A DNA stretch of 64,000 bases from an uncultured virus (IMG/VR IMGVR_UViG_3300042569_002050) (IMGVR_UViG_3300042569_002050:62001-126000), one strand, 5' to 3'; positions 20,599 through 29,314 are shown, counted from the first letter of the stretch. The notes: generated from the sequence alone by a model not told the origin. Made by a program: numbers and translations.

Positions 20599-21012
20599 AT
20601 GGAAGGAAATGTTGATGACGCAAAAAAATCAATAGATTTAATTTTAGGTTCTGATACAACACTTACAAGAAGAAAAAAGACACAAGCTGATGCTACTAGA
20701 GAATTATTTAATAAAATTATAATTAATCTAGAACAAGCAAACACAAGATCTTTTCTATTAAGTGGTGATTTTCAATTAGATCTTACTAAATACGATGATG
20801 TATTTTATGAGGCTATTGATAATTTAATTATATTACATTTTGGAAAAGAAGCATCTGAATTAATATTTTTCTATTTATATGATCGAATTGATCCTGAAGG
20901 AAATATACAAGTTTTAGTTGATCCTAATGGTAACGAAATACTCTTGCAAAATCCTGATGATTTGTGGATGTTATTACAAGTTATAAATGGGAATGAGAAG
21001 AAGAAAAAATAG
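20599..21012 (+). CDS. hypothetical protein
   Basis: Intact ORF in operon. Confidence 0.55.
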   Translation: MEGNVDDAKKSIDLILGSDTTLTRRKKTQADATRELFNKIIINLEQANTRSFLLSGDFQLDLTKYDDVFYEAIDNLIILHFGKEASELIFFYLYDRIDPEGNIQVLVDPNGNEILLQNPDDLWMLLQVINGNEKKKK

Positions 21013-21014
21013 TT

Positions 21015-21608
21015 ATGAAACCAAAACCGTTTTCGAAAGATGATATCTTAAGGGCTATGAGACACACTCGTAGTAATAGAGCAGCTGCTCGTTACTTAGA
21101 TTGTTCTTATACTCATTACAAAGCATACGCTAAGCTCTATAAAGATGATGAAACTGGTAAAACTCTATTTGATACTCACTTTAACCAGTCTGGTAAAGGC
21201 ATTCCAAAACATTTAGTTGGAGTTAAAAAAGAACCTGCTTTAGAACAGATATTAAATGGGCAGATGGATCCATCTCATTTTAATCCTGAAAAGATTAAGA
21301 ATAGATTGATTTATGAAAATAAAATATCTGAAGATTGTGCTAATTGTGGATTCTGTGAGCGTCGAGTAACTGATTACAAGATACCATTGTTACTTAATTT
21401 TAAAGATAATAATAAACGTAATTATCGTTTAGAGAATTTAGAATTGTTATGTTACAATTGCTATTTTCTATTCATAGGTGACGTGTTTACCCCTGATCAA
21501 GTGGATAAAATTGAGAGTTTCACCACTAACAAATTCAAAGTAGAGGAACCGGATTTCCAGCTTTCAGAAGATCAAATAGAAAATATGAAAGCGCTTGGAA
21601 TCCTATAA
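21015..21608 (+). CDS. HTH + HNH-like zinc-binding protein
   Basis: SNRAAARYL HTH; CANC...NNKRNYRLENLELLCYNC (degenerate HNH). Confidence 0.65.
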   Translation: MKPKPFSKDDILRAMRHTRSNRAAARYLDCSYTHYKAYAKLYKDDETGKTLFDTHFNQSGKGIPKHLVGVKKEPALEQILNGQMDPSHFNPEKIKNRLIYENKISEDCANCGFCERRVTDYKIPLLLNFKDNNKRNYRLENLELLCYNCYFLFIGDVFTPDQVDKIESFTTNKFKVEEPDFQLSEDQIENMKALGIL

Positions 21609-21646
21609 TGCCCGTCGTATATTCACATTAAATAAAGTTATAAAAT

Positions 21647-21940
21647 ATGGAAGGATTACACAACCAATACGCTGGTTTTGAATTACCAGAAGAAGTAAAT
21701 CAAATGTACAAAGTTGGCTATCAACCATTTGGCTCTAGAAATATGGCTAAAATGATGTTCTTTGCTAATGAAGTAAAATTAAACAATAACATGATTGATT
21801 ATTACTCAGGAATTGGTCCTGCTCGTAGAGAAAGCGAGTCATTAGAAGATTACAGAAACCGCACTAAATTTCAAAAAGCACTATTCAAATATAGAGCACA
21901 CATTTATGATTATTCAGTATACACAAAAAAAATAAAATAA
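21647..21940 (+). CDS. hypothetical protein
   Basis: ORF behind an early promoter motif at ~21596-21625. Confidence 0.55.
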   Translation: MEGLHNQYAGFELPEEVNQMYKVGYQPFGSRNMAKMMFFANEVKLNNNMIDYYSGIGPARRESESLEDYRNRTKFQKALFKYRAHIYDYSVYTKKIK

Positions 21941-21941
21941 C

Positions 21942-22169
21942 ATGGCACAGTTTTTCCAAGTAAAAGTTCAGTTTACAACTGAAGACGATAGAGGTAAAGT
22001 AAAAAAACAAAATGTAAATTATTTAGTTGATGCTCAGTCAGTAACTGAAGCAGAAGCTAGAACAGTACAATATTTAGTAAGCAGAGGAGAAGATGAGTTT
22101 GAAGTAAAATCAGCATCTGAAGCTAAAATTGCAGAAGTAATTTTACTAGACTCTGTAGAAGCTGAATAA
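21942..22169 (+). CDS. DUF4494-like protein
   Basis: FQVKVQF...GKVKK...YLVDAQSVTEAEAR resembles the Bacteroidota DUF4494 N-terminus. Confidence 0.6.
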   Translation: MAQFFQVKVQFTTEDDRGKVKKQNVNYLVDAQSVTEAEARTVQYLVSRGEDEFEVKSASEAKIAEVILLDSVEAE

Positions 22170-22175
22170 ACAGCT

Positions 22176-22247
22176 GCTCAGTTCGACTAAGGGTTAGGTC
22201 ACATCCCTTTCACGGATGTAATACGGGTTCGAATCCCGTACTGAGTA
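22176..22247 (+). tRNA. tRNA-Glu(TTC)
   Basis: Acceptor GCTCAGT/ACTGAGT; CATCC-CTTTCAC-GGATG; GGTTCGAATCC. Confidence 0.92.
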
Positions 22248-22262
22248 CAAAGTGGATAAAAT

Positions 22263-22302
22263 GTGCAGTAACCACAGGGAAGCTAGCTCCCACTGCACTC
22301 CA
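22263..22302 (+). ncRNA. tRNA-minihelix-like element
   Basis: GTGCAGT...GGGA-AGCTAGC-TCCC-ACTGCAC-T-CCA, directly abutting tRNA-Ser. Confidence 0.4.
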
Positions 22303-22387
22303 GGAAAGATGGCAGAGTGGTTGAATGCACCGGTCTTGAAAACCGGCATACTGAAAGGTATCTGGGGTTCGAATCCCTGTCTTTCCG
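22303..22387 (+). tRNA. tRNA-Ser(TGA)
   Basis: GGAAAGA/TCTTTCC, G73, CCGGT-CTTGAAA-ACCGG, long variable arm. Confidence 0.93.
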
Positions 22388-22396
22388 CATATTAAT

Positions 22397-22468
22397 GCTC
22401 CTAAAGCATTGCAGGCGATGCGCATGACTTGTAATCATGATAACTTGGTTCGATTCCGAGTGGGAGCT
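22397..22468 (+). tRNA. tRNA-Thr(TGT)
   Basis: GCTCCTA/TGGGAGC; CATGA-CTTGTAA-TCATG; GGTTCGATTCC. Confidence 0.88.
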
Positions 22469-22474
22469 CAACAA

Positions 22475-22548
22475 GGGCCTGTAGCTCAATCGGTTAGAGC
22501 GGCACACTCATAATGTGAAGGTAGTAGGTTCGATTCCTACCAGGCCCA
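22475..22548 (+). tRNA. tRNA with CAT anticodon (Ile2 or elongator Met)
   Basis: GGGCCTG/CAGGCCC; loop CTCATAA. The GGGCCTGTAGCTCA start resembles Ile2 tRNAs. Confidence 0.85.
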
Positions 22549-22626
22549 CGTGCAACGTTTATTTGACATAAGGAAATTTAGAAAAAATGTTGGACGGGCA
22601 AAAAGAAAATTGTAAATTAACCACAT

Positions 22627-22836
22627 ATGAAAAAAGAATTATACGACATGCTTATGGCTTCAGCAATAGCTGACAAAACAAAAGCTCTATTAACTTTGGA
22701 TCTATTGTCTTATCACGCCGCTGGTATTGGTGATCATTCAACAAAAGACTTCTACAATAACGCTGAAGAAGCGCTTACAATGTTAGTTGATGCTGAAGAT
22801 AAAATTGCCACGCTTGAAAGACATTTCAAACAATAG
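22627..22836 (+). CDS. hypothetical phage protein
   Basis: AGIGDHS motif; promoter motif at ~22590. Confidence 0.6.
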   Translation: MKKELYDMLMASAIADKTKALLTLDLLSYHAAGIGDHSTKDFYNNAEEALTMLVDAEDKIATLERHFKQ

Positions 22837-22851
22837 TTATTAAGCTGGAAT

Positions 22852-23010
22852 TGTAGGGTGGTGAAAAGGCGTACGCTTGGCAGACATGCCCTCCCGTCTC
22901 GAGGGTGCGGAGTTCGAGATAGACAAATGATAATGGGTTGACCACAGGCTAGCTAGCAAAAGTGTCATTTGTTGAATCGCCGCGTGGAGGTTCGAATCCT
23001 TCCCCTACAG
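22852..23010 (+). ncRNA. atypical tRNA-Asp(GTC)-like RNA with 80-nt variable arm and enlarged D-loop
   Basis: Acceptor TGTAGGG/CCCTACA + G73; anticodon arm CCCTC-CCGTCTC-GAGGG; T arm GGAGG-TTCGAAT-CCTTC; variable region 22906-22985 closed by GCGG/CCGC. Confidence 0.75.
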
Positions 23011-23013
23011 CAA

Positions 23014-23121
23014 TCGTTCGAACGTGGAACGACGAAGACAGAGTAACTCCTCTGGCAACATGAAACTCTCCGTATCGTATGACGGCGATGTTGGCAACTC
23101 ATAGGGTAATACAAAAGTTGC
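23014..23121 (+). ncRNA. unassigned four-hairpin structured RNA candidate
   Basis: Consecutive stems TCGTTC/GAACGA, CAGAG/CTCTG, CAACAT..CCGT/ACGG..ATGTTG, GCAACT/AGTTGC between two tRNA-type genes. Confidence 0.45.
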
Positions 23122-23125
23122 ACAT

Positions 23126-23209
23126 GCCGGGGTGGTGGAATAGGTAGACACGCAAGACTTAAAATCTTGTTCGCCAACGCGAGTGCGGGTTCGATTCCCG
23201 CTCCTGGTA
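23126..23209 (+). tRNA. tRNA-Leu(TAA)
   Basis: GCCGGGG/TCCTGGT; CAAGA-CTTAAAA-TCTTG; variable arm; A73. Confidence 0.93.
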
Positions 23210-23217
23210 CAATAATT

Positions 23218-23541
23218 ATGGATATGGCCTGTTGGGTATTAATGTTAGAAAGTAATCGTCAATTCCTTCAAATGATGAGGGATAGGGATAGTGATTTAAT
23301 ACTTAAAATGGTTAGATGTGTTCTTAGTGCTCATAAACGAGGTAAAGATCGAATAGATATATTTGATATTACATTCAAAGACACAAGTGGGATGATATTT
23401 AACATTGAGAAATCACAATACAAAGAATTGTTAAGTAATTGTATGGATGATTTGATCAAGTTAGAAGAATATGAATTGTGTGCTGATATTCAAAAAATAT
23501 TAGAAGGCAAAAAACGAAAGAAAAAAGCAGAAGTTATTTAA
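23218..23541 (+). CDS. UVR-like motif protein, paralog of 20297-20596
   Basis: KLEEYELCADIQKIL. Start moved to 23218 because the tracked start overlaps tRNA-Leu. Confidence 0.6.
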   Translation: MDMACWVLMLESNRQFLQMMRDRDSDLILKMVRCVLSAHKRGKDRIDIFDITFKDTSGMIFNIEKSQYKELLSNCMDDLIKLEEYELCADIQKILEGKKRKKKAEVI

Positions 23542-23546
23542 CACAT

Positions 23547-23937
23547 GGGGGTGCCTGGTTTTGACAGGTGCGATGAGTTGGTATAGTTGATGCAAGCCGG
23601 GTTAGATGGAAATCCGTAAATACCTATCGAACAATAAATGACGTAGAATTATCTACAATGACCTTCGAAGATGCTATGGCATTCGTTGGTGCGGATTACG
23701 CAGTAGCTGCCTAGTCCAACTCGGGTCGGTGCACATATAACCTAGGAACAGAAGTGCCTACAAAGGGGGTCTTAGGGTGGAGCCCTCATAAAATAATTCC
23801 ACAACCAGGTAATTTGGAAGTATGATTCCCACATACATCAAACTTCATATTTTGTTAATTTAGAAAAATTAACTAAGCTTGTGAACGAGATTTATTAAAT
23901 CCGTATCTGGACAAGGGTTCGACTCCCTTCACCTCCA
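23547..23937 (+). ncRNA. ssrA: tmRNA
   Basis: 5' GGGGGTG..GGTTTTGACAGG; 3' GGACAAGGGTTCGACTCCCTTCACCTCCA with G3.U70; internal tag ORF 23640-23714 ending YAVAA*. Confidence 0.93.
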
Positions 23938-23943
23938 CAATTT

Positions 23944-23974
23944 AAGACAACCAGAAATGGTTGTCTTTTTTTTT
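23944..23974 (+). terminator. intrinsic terminator after tmRNA
   Basis: AAGACAACC-AGAAAT-GGTTGTCTT followed by a T run. Confidence 0.85.
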
Positions 23975-24011
23975 GCATATTTATGTTCGAACCATTAAAA
24001 ATTAAAAGAAG

Positions 24012-24662
24012 ATGAAACAAATAGCCATAAACATGGCCACCAAACTGCGTGATGTGTTCGCGCTAGGTGTGTTCTATTTACTAGGATCCCTTGTAATAGC
24101 TGCATTAGTAGTACAATTGTATTTTGTATATTGTCAAATTTTTAAATCTTATGATGAAAATTTACAAATGTCTAATGCAATTAGTCATAAAATTGACGGT
24201 ACATTTAAAAATTCCCCAGGTAATATCTGGTATAACGCAGATGAACATATCTATGTTGAAAAAGTTACTAATAAAATAGTTGTTGGTAAATTAGCAGGTA
24301 ATCGTAATCTAGAATTTGGTGTTAAGAATGTATTAGAAGAATTTTTACAAGATAAAGGCTATAATATATCATCAGACGCTACAAACAAATTACGTGTCGA
24401 AATTGTTTATTTAGATGTATTAACTACTAAGAAAAATATTTCAGTTTTCCATAAAGGTGAAGAAGAAGTCATTATTCGTTTAAAAGGAATCTTATATAAA
24501 GATGGTATAAAAGAAAAAGAAATTATTGTTGAAGAATCTTCATCTGAAGTTTCCATGTCTACTTTACTTGTGGATGAAGGTGGTAAATTTAATCAAACTT
24601 CACTAAGTAATGCTCTCAAAAAAGGTTGTGATAAATTAGTCACAAAATTATTTGAAAAATAA
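24012..24662 (+). CDS. membrane-anchored CsgG/LptE-like alpha/beta protein
   Basis: N-terminal TM; LEFGVKNVLEEFL and FNQTSLSNALKK parallel VGLGVANISMEYL and FNQSTISIATKK of 30577-31296. Confidence 0.55.
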   Translation: MKQIAINMATKLRDVFALGVFYLLGSLVIAALVVQLYFVYCQIFKSYDENLQMSNAISHKIDGTFKNSPGNIWYNADEHIYVEKVTNKIVVGKLAGNRNLEFGVKNVLEEFLQDKGYNISSDATNKLRVEIVYLDVLTTKKNISVFHKGEEEVIIRLKGILYKDGIKEKEIIVEESSSEVSMSTLLVDEGGKFNQTSLSNALKKGCDKLVTKLFEK

Positions 24663-24666
24663 AATC

Positions 24667-26316
24667 ATGAAAAAATTATTATTATTTTTAGGAATATTCC
24701 TAACATCATTAACATCATTTAGTCAGATTACTGTATCACAATCAGTTACTCCAGCCCCACCTTATGAAGTTGGTGATACTTTAACTGTAAAATACACAAT
24801 AGCTAGAGGAACAACAACACCTCGTTATTTTTGGTTGAGATACTCATTTAATAACAAGGCATTAGCGATGGTACCAAATAGTACAGTATTCTCACAAGGT
24901 ACATCAGTTCAAACATTCTTTACAGGTTGGAATAATTACAGATTTACCCCTGCAGCAAATGTTGCTGAAACTAATTTATCTGGACAATATCAAGCAACTC
25001 CTTGGGGTTATGCCGTAAATAATGATTGGAATGTTGGACAATTAACAGTTCAAAGAACAGATGCTGCAGTGAATGGTGATATTGCAACACAGAAGTTTGT
25101 ATTAAAAGACCAAAACACTTACAATGATATTCATAAATTGGATTTAGCTTATGCAGTAAATGATACTTCTTCCCCAATTACTCCAATTACTCGTAGTGCT
25201 ACTAATTTATCATTAACAAATGTAACAGGTAACACATCTCAATTCAAAGTTAAAGTATTGTTCCCACAAGGGTATACTATTACTGATCACAATGTTCAAT
25301 TAATGCCACTTAAAACAGATGGTAATATTGATTGGACAAAACAACCTATTGCTCAATTACCCTTAGATGGTAGTGGTGAAGCATTATTTACAACACAAGT
25401 TAAAGTTGGTGATTCGGTTGGTGTATTTGTTGGTCCATCAATGACTAAAGCTTGGATGAATAATATCATAACAGTATCAGATGCATACAAAGCATTTTTA
25501 GGACATTCTCAAACTGATATTAGTGGAACACCTAATTTCTTTACTTACCCTAATTTAGAAACTAGAGTAGGTAATGTAACACTAAATGATAATACATTTA
25601 ACGAATCCGATTCATATGCATTGTTTGCTCACGTAATGGGACAAAATATGAGTTCAGTAGCAATGATCCCAACATCAACCTCAACATCAGTAAGATGGCA
25701 AAGTGGACTATTAAACCAGAGTTGGTTAGATGGTGTTGCTAAAAATAAAGTATTAATTGATACACCAATAAAAGAAGTACATGCCGTATTTGCTTGGGGT
25801 GGTGATTTGAACTGGTCACACTCATCAGACCCTGCTGTAATTGCTACTAGAATTAGTAGTGGATTGTATACCAACTCAGTTAATGGTGAAGTGAATTTGA
25901 AAAAATCAATGAGTTCAACACCTGTGATGGCATATAGAACTGAAGCTGTAGAAACTGCTAAATTAAGTGTAACATCTACATTAGAAAATGGTAAAGTAAT
26001 ATTAACAACAACATTAACTAAAGCAGAATTAGCTGGGTTACAAGTGATAATGAATTATGATGAATCTAAATTAACATTAGACAATATCATATTTGATTCA
26101 GGTTCAACTATTACTAACTTTTCAACTCATAATGATGGTAGATTAACATTTGGTTCTATTGATCAATTAAAAACAGCAAGAATCAAAATTGGTACACCAT
26201 ATAAATTAATATTCACCCCTAAAGTACAATTAACAAATACTGCAGGTTTATTCTATTTTGTATTATCAGATGCGGTAGATGCTAAAGGAAATAAAATAGA
26301 CTTAATAATAGAATAA
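24667..26316 (+). CDS. exported protein with cohesin-like and degenerate dockerin-like domains
   Basis: Signal peptide ...SFS|Q; N-terminal VGDTLTVKY...YSFNNKAL; ITVSDAY...FNESDSY repeat pair; GDLNWSHS; C-terminal LAGLQVIMNYDESKL. Confidence 0.65.
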   Translation: MKKLLLFLGIFLTSLTSFSQITVSQSVTPAPPYEVGDTLTVKYTIARGTTTPRYFWLRYSFNNKALAMVPNSTVFSQGTSVQTFFTGWNNYRFTPAANVAETNLSGQYQATPWGYAVNNDWNVGQLTVQRTDAAVNGDIATQKFVLKDQNTYNDIHKLDLAYAVNDTSSPITPITRSATNLSLTNVTGNTSQFKVKVLFPQGYTITDHNVQLMPLKTDGNIDWTKQPIAQLPLDGSGEALFTTQVKVGDSVGVFVGPSMTKAWMNNIITVSDAYKAFLGHSQTDISGTPNFFTYPNLETRVGNVTLNDNTFNESDSYALFAHVMGQNMSSVAMIPTSTSTSVRWQSGLLNQSWLDGVAKNKVLIDTPIKEVHAVFAWGGDLNWSHSSDPAVIATRISSGLYTNSVNGEVNLKKSMSSTPVMAYRTEAVETAKLSVTSTLENGKVILTTTLTKAELAGLQVIMNYDESKLTLDNIIFDSGSTITNFSTHNDGRLTFGSIDQLKTARIKIGTPYKLIFTPKVQLTNTAGLFYFVLSDAVDAKGNKIDLIIE

Positions 26317-28592
26317 TGAAATATCTATTAGTTACATTATTTTTATTAACATCATTTTTAGGGTTCGGACAGAGTGTATCTGCTCCGGACTCTAAATCTT
26401 TTACACAATCTACATCAGGACAAGATGCTAGTGGGTTTGTATTAAGTGGATTTAATTCTACTGCAACTTTATTAGCATCAATTAGTTTAGTTAATCCACC
26501 AACTGGTACAACATTTAATTTAACTACAACAACAGGTCTAACAGCGGCAAGTGGATTCACTTTAACAGGTAATAAAACTCGATTAGTAGTTACTGGAACG
26601 ATGGTAAGTATTAATACGGCATTAGCATCTTTAAAAGTAAATACAGGTTCGGTAAGAGGTAATGTTGCATTATCTGTGGCAGCAACAGTCAATCCAGTAG
26701 GATATTATTACAATGGTGTAAACGGACACTTTTATAGACCAATAACAACCGGAGCAACTTATACAAACGCAAGATCAGCATCATTAAATACAACATTTAA
26801 AGGACAAAGAGGATATTTAGTAACAATCACTTCAGCAGATGAAGATGCATTTATTTTTAATAATGTGCCTCAAAGTAATATTTGGTTTGCGTTAACTGAT
26901 GAATTAGTCGAAGGTCAATGGAGAATCGATGCTGGCCCGGAAGCAGGAACTTTAATCAAAACATCAAACGGACAATTTGCCGGAAACATTCAAGGGCAGT
27001 ATAATAACTGGGCACCCGGTGAACCAAACAATAGTAGTAACGAAGATTATGCAGTAACTAAATGGAATGGTTCTCAATGGAACGATTTACCAAATCATTT
27101 TTCAAATCCGTATGTAATTGAATATGGAACTTGGACCAACCCAGATGATGCAACATTCACTGAATTCTACACTAACTCAGTAACACATACAAACGGAGAT
27201 GTATTAACTGCAAGATTTAATTTTGATTTTGGTGGTAATGTTGATGAAACAAAATTTACATCAAAAGCAAATACGTTTGTAAATAATACATGGGGTGTAA
27301 CAACAAATACATCAAGAGCATTAAGTGGATTAGGTAAAGTAGATTTAACAAATGATTTAGATACAGTAAAAGTAAGTGGTGAGGGAGTAAGAGCAACAAC
27401 AACAGGTGGAGAAGTAGAGTGGTGTGTGGTGTATGATTATGAACCTCAAAATCAACGATACCAAATTTTAATTGATAAGAGAGAATTTCCACAAGGCACC
27501 TCAGCAAGTAATGTTACAAGTTTACAGTTATTTGATTTATGGAATGGGCCTGTAACATATCAATGGGATGATGGAACATGGGCAGCTTATTGGATTTCAT
27601 CACCAACAGAACTTAATTTCTCAGGCTCATCATTTACATCTAGTATAAGACGAGCTGGATTTTTCTGGGGATTAAGAGCGGAATTTACATTCACACCTAA
27701 TATGATGTTTAAACAACATGGGATAGAATTATCTCATACTAATCAAACTGAATTGAATACATTATATAATAACATTGTGGGTGTATCAGATGTTTATCTA
27801 GCATTTAAGGAATTAGCAGATGGAGGTATATTTGGTAATCAAAGTGGATTAGGCTTAACAAATGGTATTCAATATATGAATGCTGATGTTGATGGTAATG
27901 GTGTATTTAATGAAAATGACACATACAAATTATTACAACATTTAACAGGTACTCAATCACTTACCCAAAATACTACTCTAACAAATTTAATAAAGCTATA
28001 CAATAAATCAGATTATGATGCTATAACAACGAGCAATTGGGGAACTCAATTTAATTCAACTCGTAATTTAATTCCATTTACTTTAAGTGGAATGAATAAT
28101 ACGTACAACATAAATGTAACTTGGTTAGGTGATGTAAACCAATCACATTCAGCTCAACAAAGCATTACTAATGTTAGTAGCAATTCAATTAGAACTATGA
28201 GTTTAATGAGTAATGCTATTATAAATGAAATAAATGTATCAACTATAGGTGAAATTATAAATAATAAGGTTATAATTATATTATCAGTAGACCCATTACA
28301 ACAAGAATTAGTAGGTACACAATTTCAATTAAATTATGATAATACTAGATTAAAGTTTGAAAAAGTTGAATTTATAACAAAAGGTAATCCTACTAATTTT
28401 GGAACTGATAAAGGTAATTTAATTAATATAGGATCATTGATAACAAGTGGAGATGTATTAGATAAGACAACTGAATATCGAGTTATATTCACTCCCGTAG
28501 GTAATATATCTGATATATTAGGGTTGACATCAATATCAACAACAGATGCTGTTAATAAAGCTGGTAAACAATTAAAAGTAAAAATCAAATGA
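26316..28592 (+). CDS. exported C-type lectin + dockerin + cohesin protein
   Basis: Signal ...GFG|Q; CTLD motifs NGHFY, GYLVTITS, WFALTD, NWAPGEPNN, WNDL; dockerin NADVDGNGVFNENDTY; GDVNQSHS; cohesin GTQFQLNYDNTRLKF. Confidence 0.75.
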   Translation: MKYLLVTLFLLTSFLGFGQSVSAPDSKSFTQSTSGQDASGFVLSGFNSTATLLASISLVNPPTGTTFNLTTTTGLTAASGFTLTGNKTRLVVTGTMVSINTALASLKVNTGSVRGNVALSVAATVNPVGYYYNGVNGHFYRPITTGATYTNARSASLNTTFKGQRGYLVTITSADEDAFIFNNVPQSNIWFALTDELVEGQWRIDAGPEAGTLIKTSNGQFAGNIQGQYNNWAPGEPNNSSNEDYAVTKWNGSQWNDLPNHFSNPYVIEYGTWTNPDDATFTEFYTNSVTHTNGDVLTARFNFDFGGNVDETKFTSKANTFVNNTWGVTTNTSRALSGLGKVDLTNDLDTVKVSGEGVRATTTGGEVEWCVVYDYEPQNQRYQILIDKREFPQGTSASNVTSLQLFDLWNGPVTYQWDDGTWAAYWISSPTELNFSGSSFTSSIRRAGFFWGLRAEFTFTPNMMFKQHGIELSHTNQTELNTLYNNIVGVSDVYLAFKELADGGIFGNQSGLGLTNGIQYMNADVDGNGVFNENDTYKLLQHLTGTQSLTQNTTLTNLIKLYNKSDYDAITTSNWGTQFNSTRNLIPFTLSGMNNTYNINVTWLGDVNQSHSAQQSITNVSSNSIRTMSLMSNAIINEINVSTIGEIINNKVIIILSVDPLQQELVGTQFQLNYDNTRLKFEKVEFITKGNPTNFGTDKGNLINIGSLITSGDVLDKTTEYRVIFTPVGNISDILGLTSISTTDAVNKAGKQLKVKIK

Positions 28593-28933
28593 TAAAAAAG
28601 ATATTACTAATATTTGTGGTCTTATTAGTGGGGTGTACTAAAATGGAAATAGAACCAACTCCAACCCCTGTTCAAAAGATATTTAATGTATCTGAGAGTA
28701 GTGTAACTGATGGACAATCTATACATTTTGATTTACCATCACCAGGAGTATATACATTAACCCTGATTGATAAGAAAAATGACCAAGTTGTTAGTAGAGA
28801 ACGATTCACTGGTAAAACGGGCGAAAATATAAAGAAGATTTACACGAGTTCAATACAGTCTCAATATTTATACTTAGTATTAGAAGATGGGTCTAGAACT
28901 CAAATAGCTAAAACAACCATTAAAATTAATTAA
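28589..28933 (+). CDS. lipoprotein resembling a T9SS C-terminal sorting domain
   Basis: Lipobox LVGC; IHFDLPSPGVYTLTLID...GENIKKI...YLYLVL...TTIKIN. Confidence 0.5.
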   Translation: MIKKILLIFVVLLVGCTKMEIEPTPTPVQKIFNVSESSVTDGQSIHFDLPSPGVYTLTLIDKKNDQVVSRERFTGKTGENIKKIYTSSIQSQYLYLVLEDGSRTQIAKTTIKIN

Positions 28934-28934
28934 A

Positions 28935-29303
28935 ATGAAAAAATTACTTGTAGTAGTATTACTAGCAGTTGGATTATCTGGATGTTATAAAGATGATTTA
29001 ATTGAACCTGTTTTAGAAGTTAAAAAAGAATTGCAAATCCAAAATGCAGTTGGACTTAAACTAGAATCAGCATTCGTGACAACTGAAGTTGCTATGAATG
29101 TTAAGTTAGAAACAGCACAATCCGTTACAATTAAGATTTTTGATATCTCCAATAGAGTCGTATCAAAAGAAACCGTAGTGGTTAAAGCAGGTGATAACTT
29201 ACTTAAAGTATATACATCAGCATTGCCTTCATCTGCTTATAGAATTGGATTATACGATTCTAAAGGTATTGAATTAGGAATAACAGATTTTAACAAACTA
29301 TAA
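28935..29303 (+). CDS. lipoprotein resembling a T9SS C-terminal sorting domain
   Basis: Lipobox LSGC followed by YKDD; VTIKIFDISNRVV...AGDN...SALPSSAYRI matches the CTD pattern IxIYDxxGrxV...GxN...sxLxxGxY. Confidence 0.6.
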   Translation: MKKLLVVVLLAVGLSGCYKDDLIEPVLEVKKELQIQNAVGLKLESAFVTTEVAMNVKLETAQSVTIKIFDISNRVVSKETVVVKAGDNLLKVYTSALPSSAYRIGLYDSKGIELGITDFNKL

Positions 29304-29314
29304 ATTTAAATAAA

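Noticed and set aside
22906..22985. Group I or canonical tRNA intron in the atypical tRNA
   Set aside because: The insert is in the variable arm rather than the anticodon loop, is only 80 nt and shows no group I core; splicing is unsupported though not excluded.
26690..27130. Diversity-generating retroelement target (C-type lectin fold)
   Set aside because: No reverse transcriptase and no template/variable repeat pair seen in the window, and the domain is internal rather than C-terminal.
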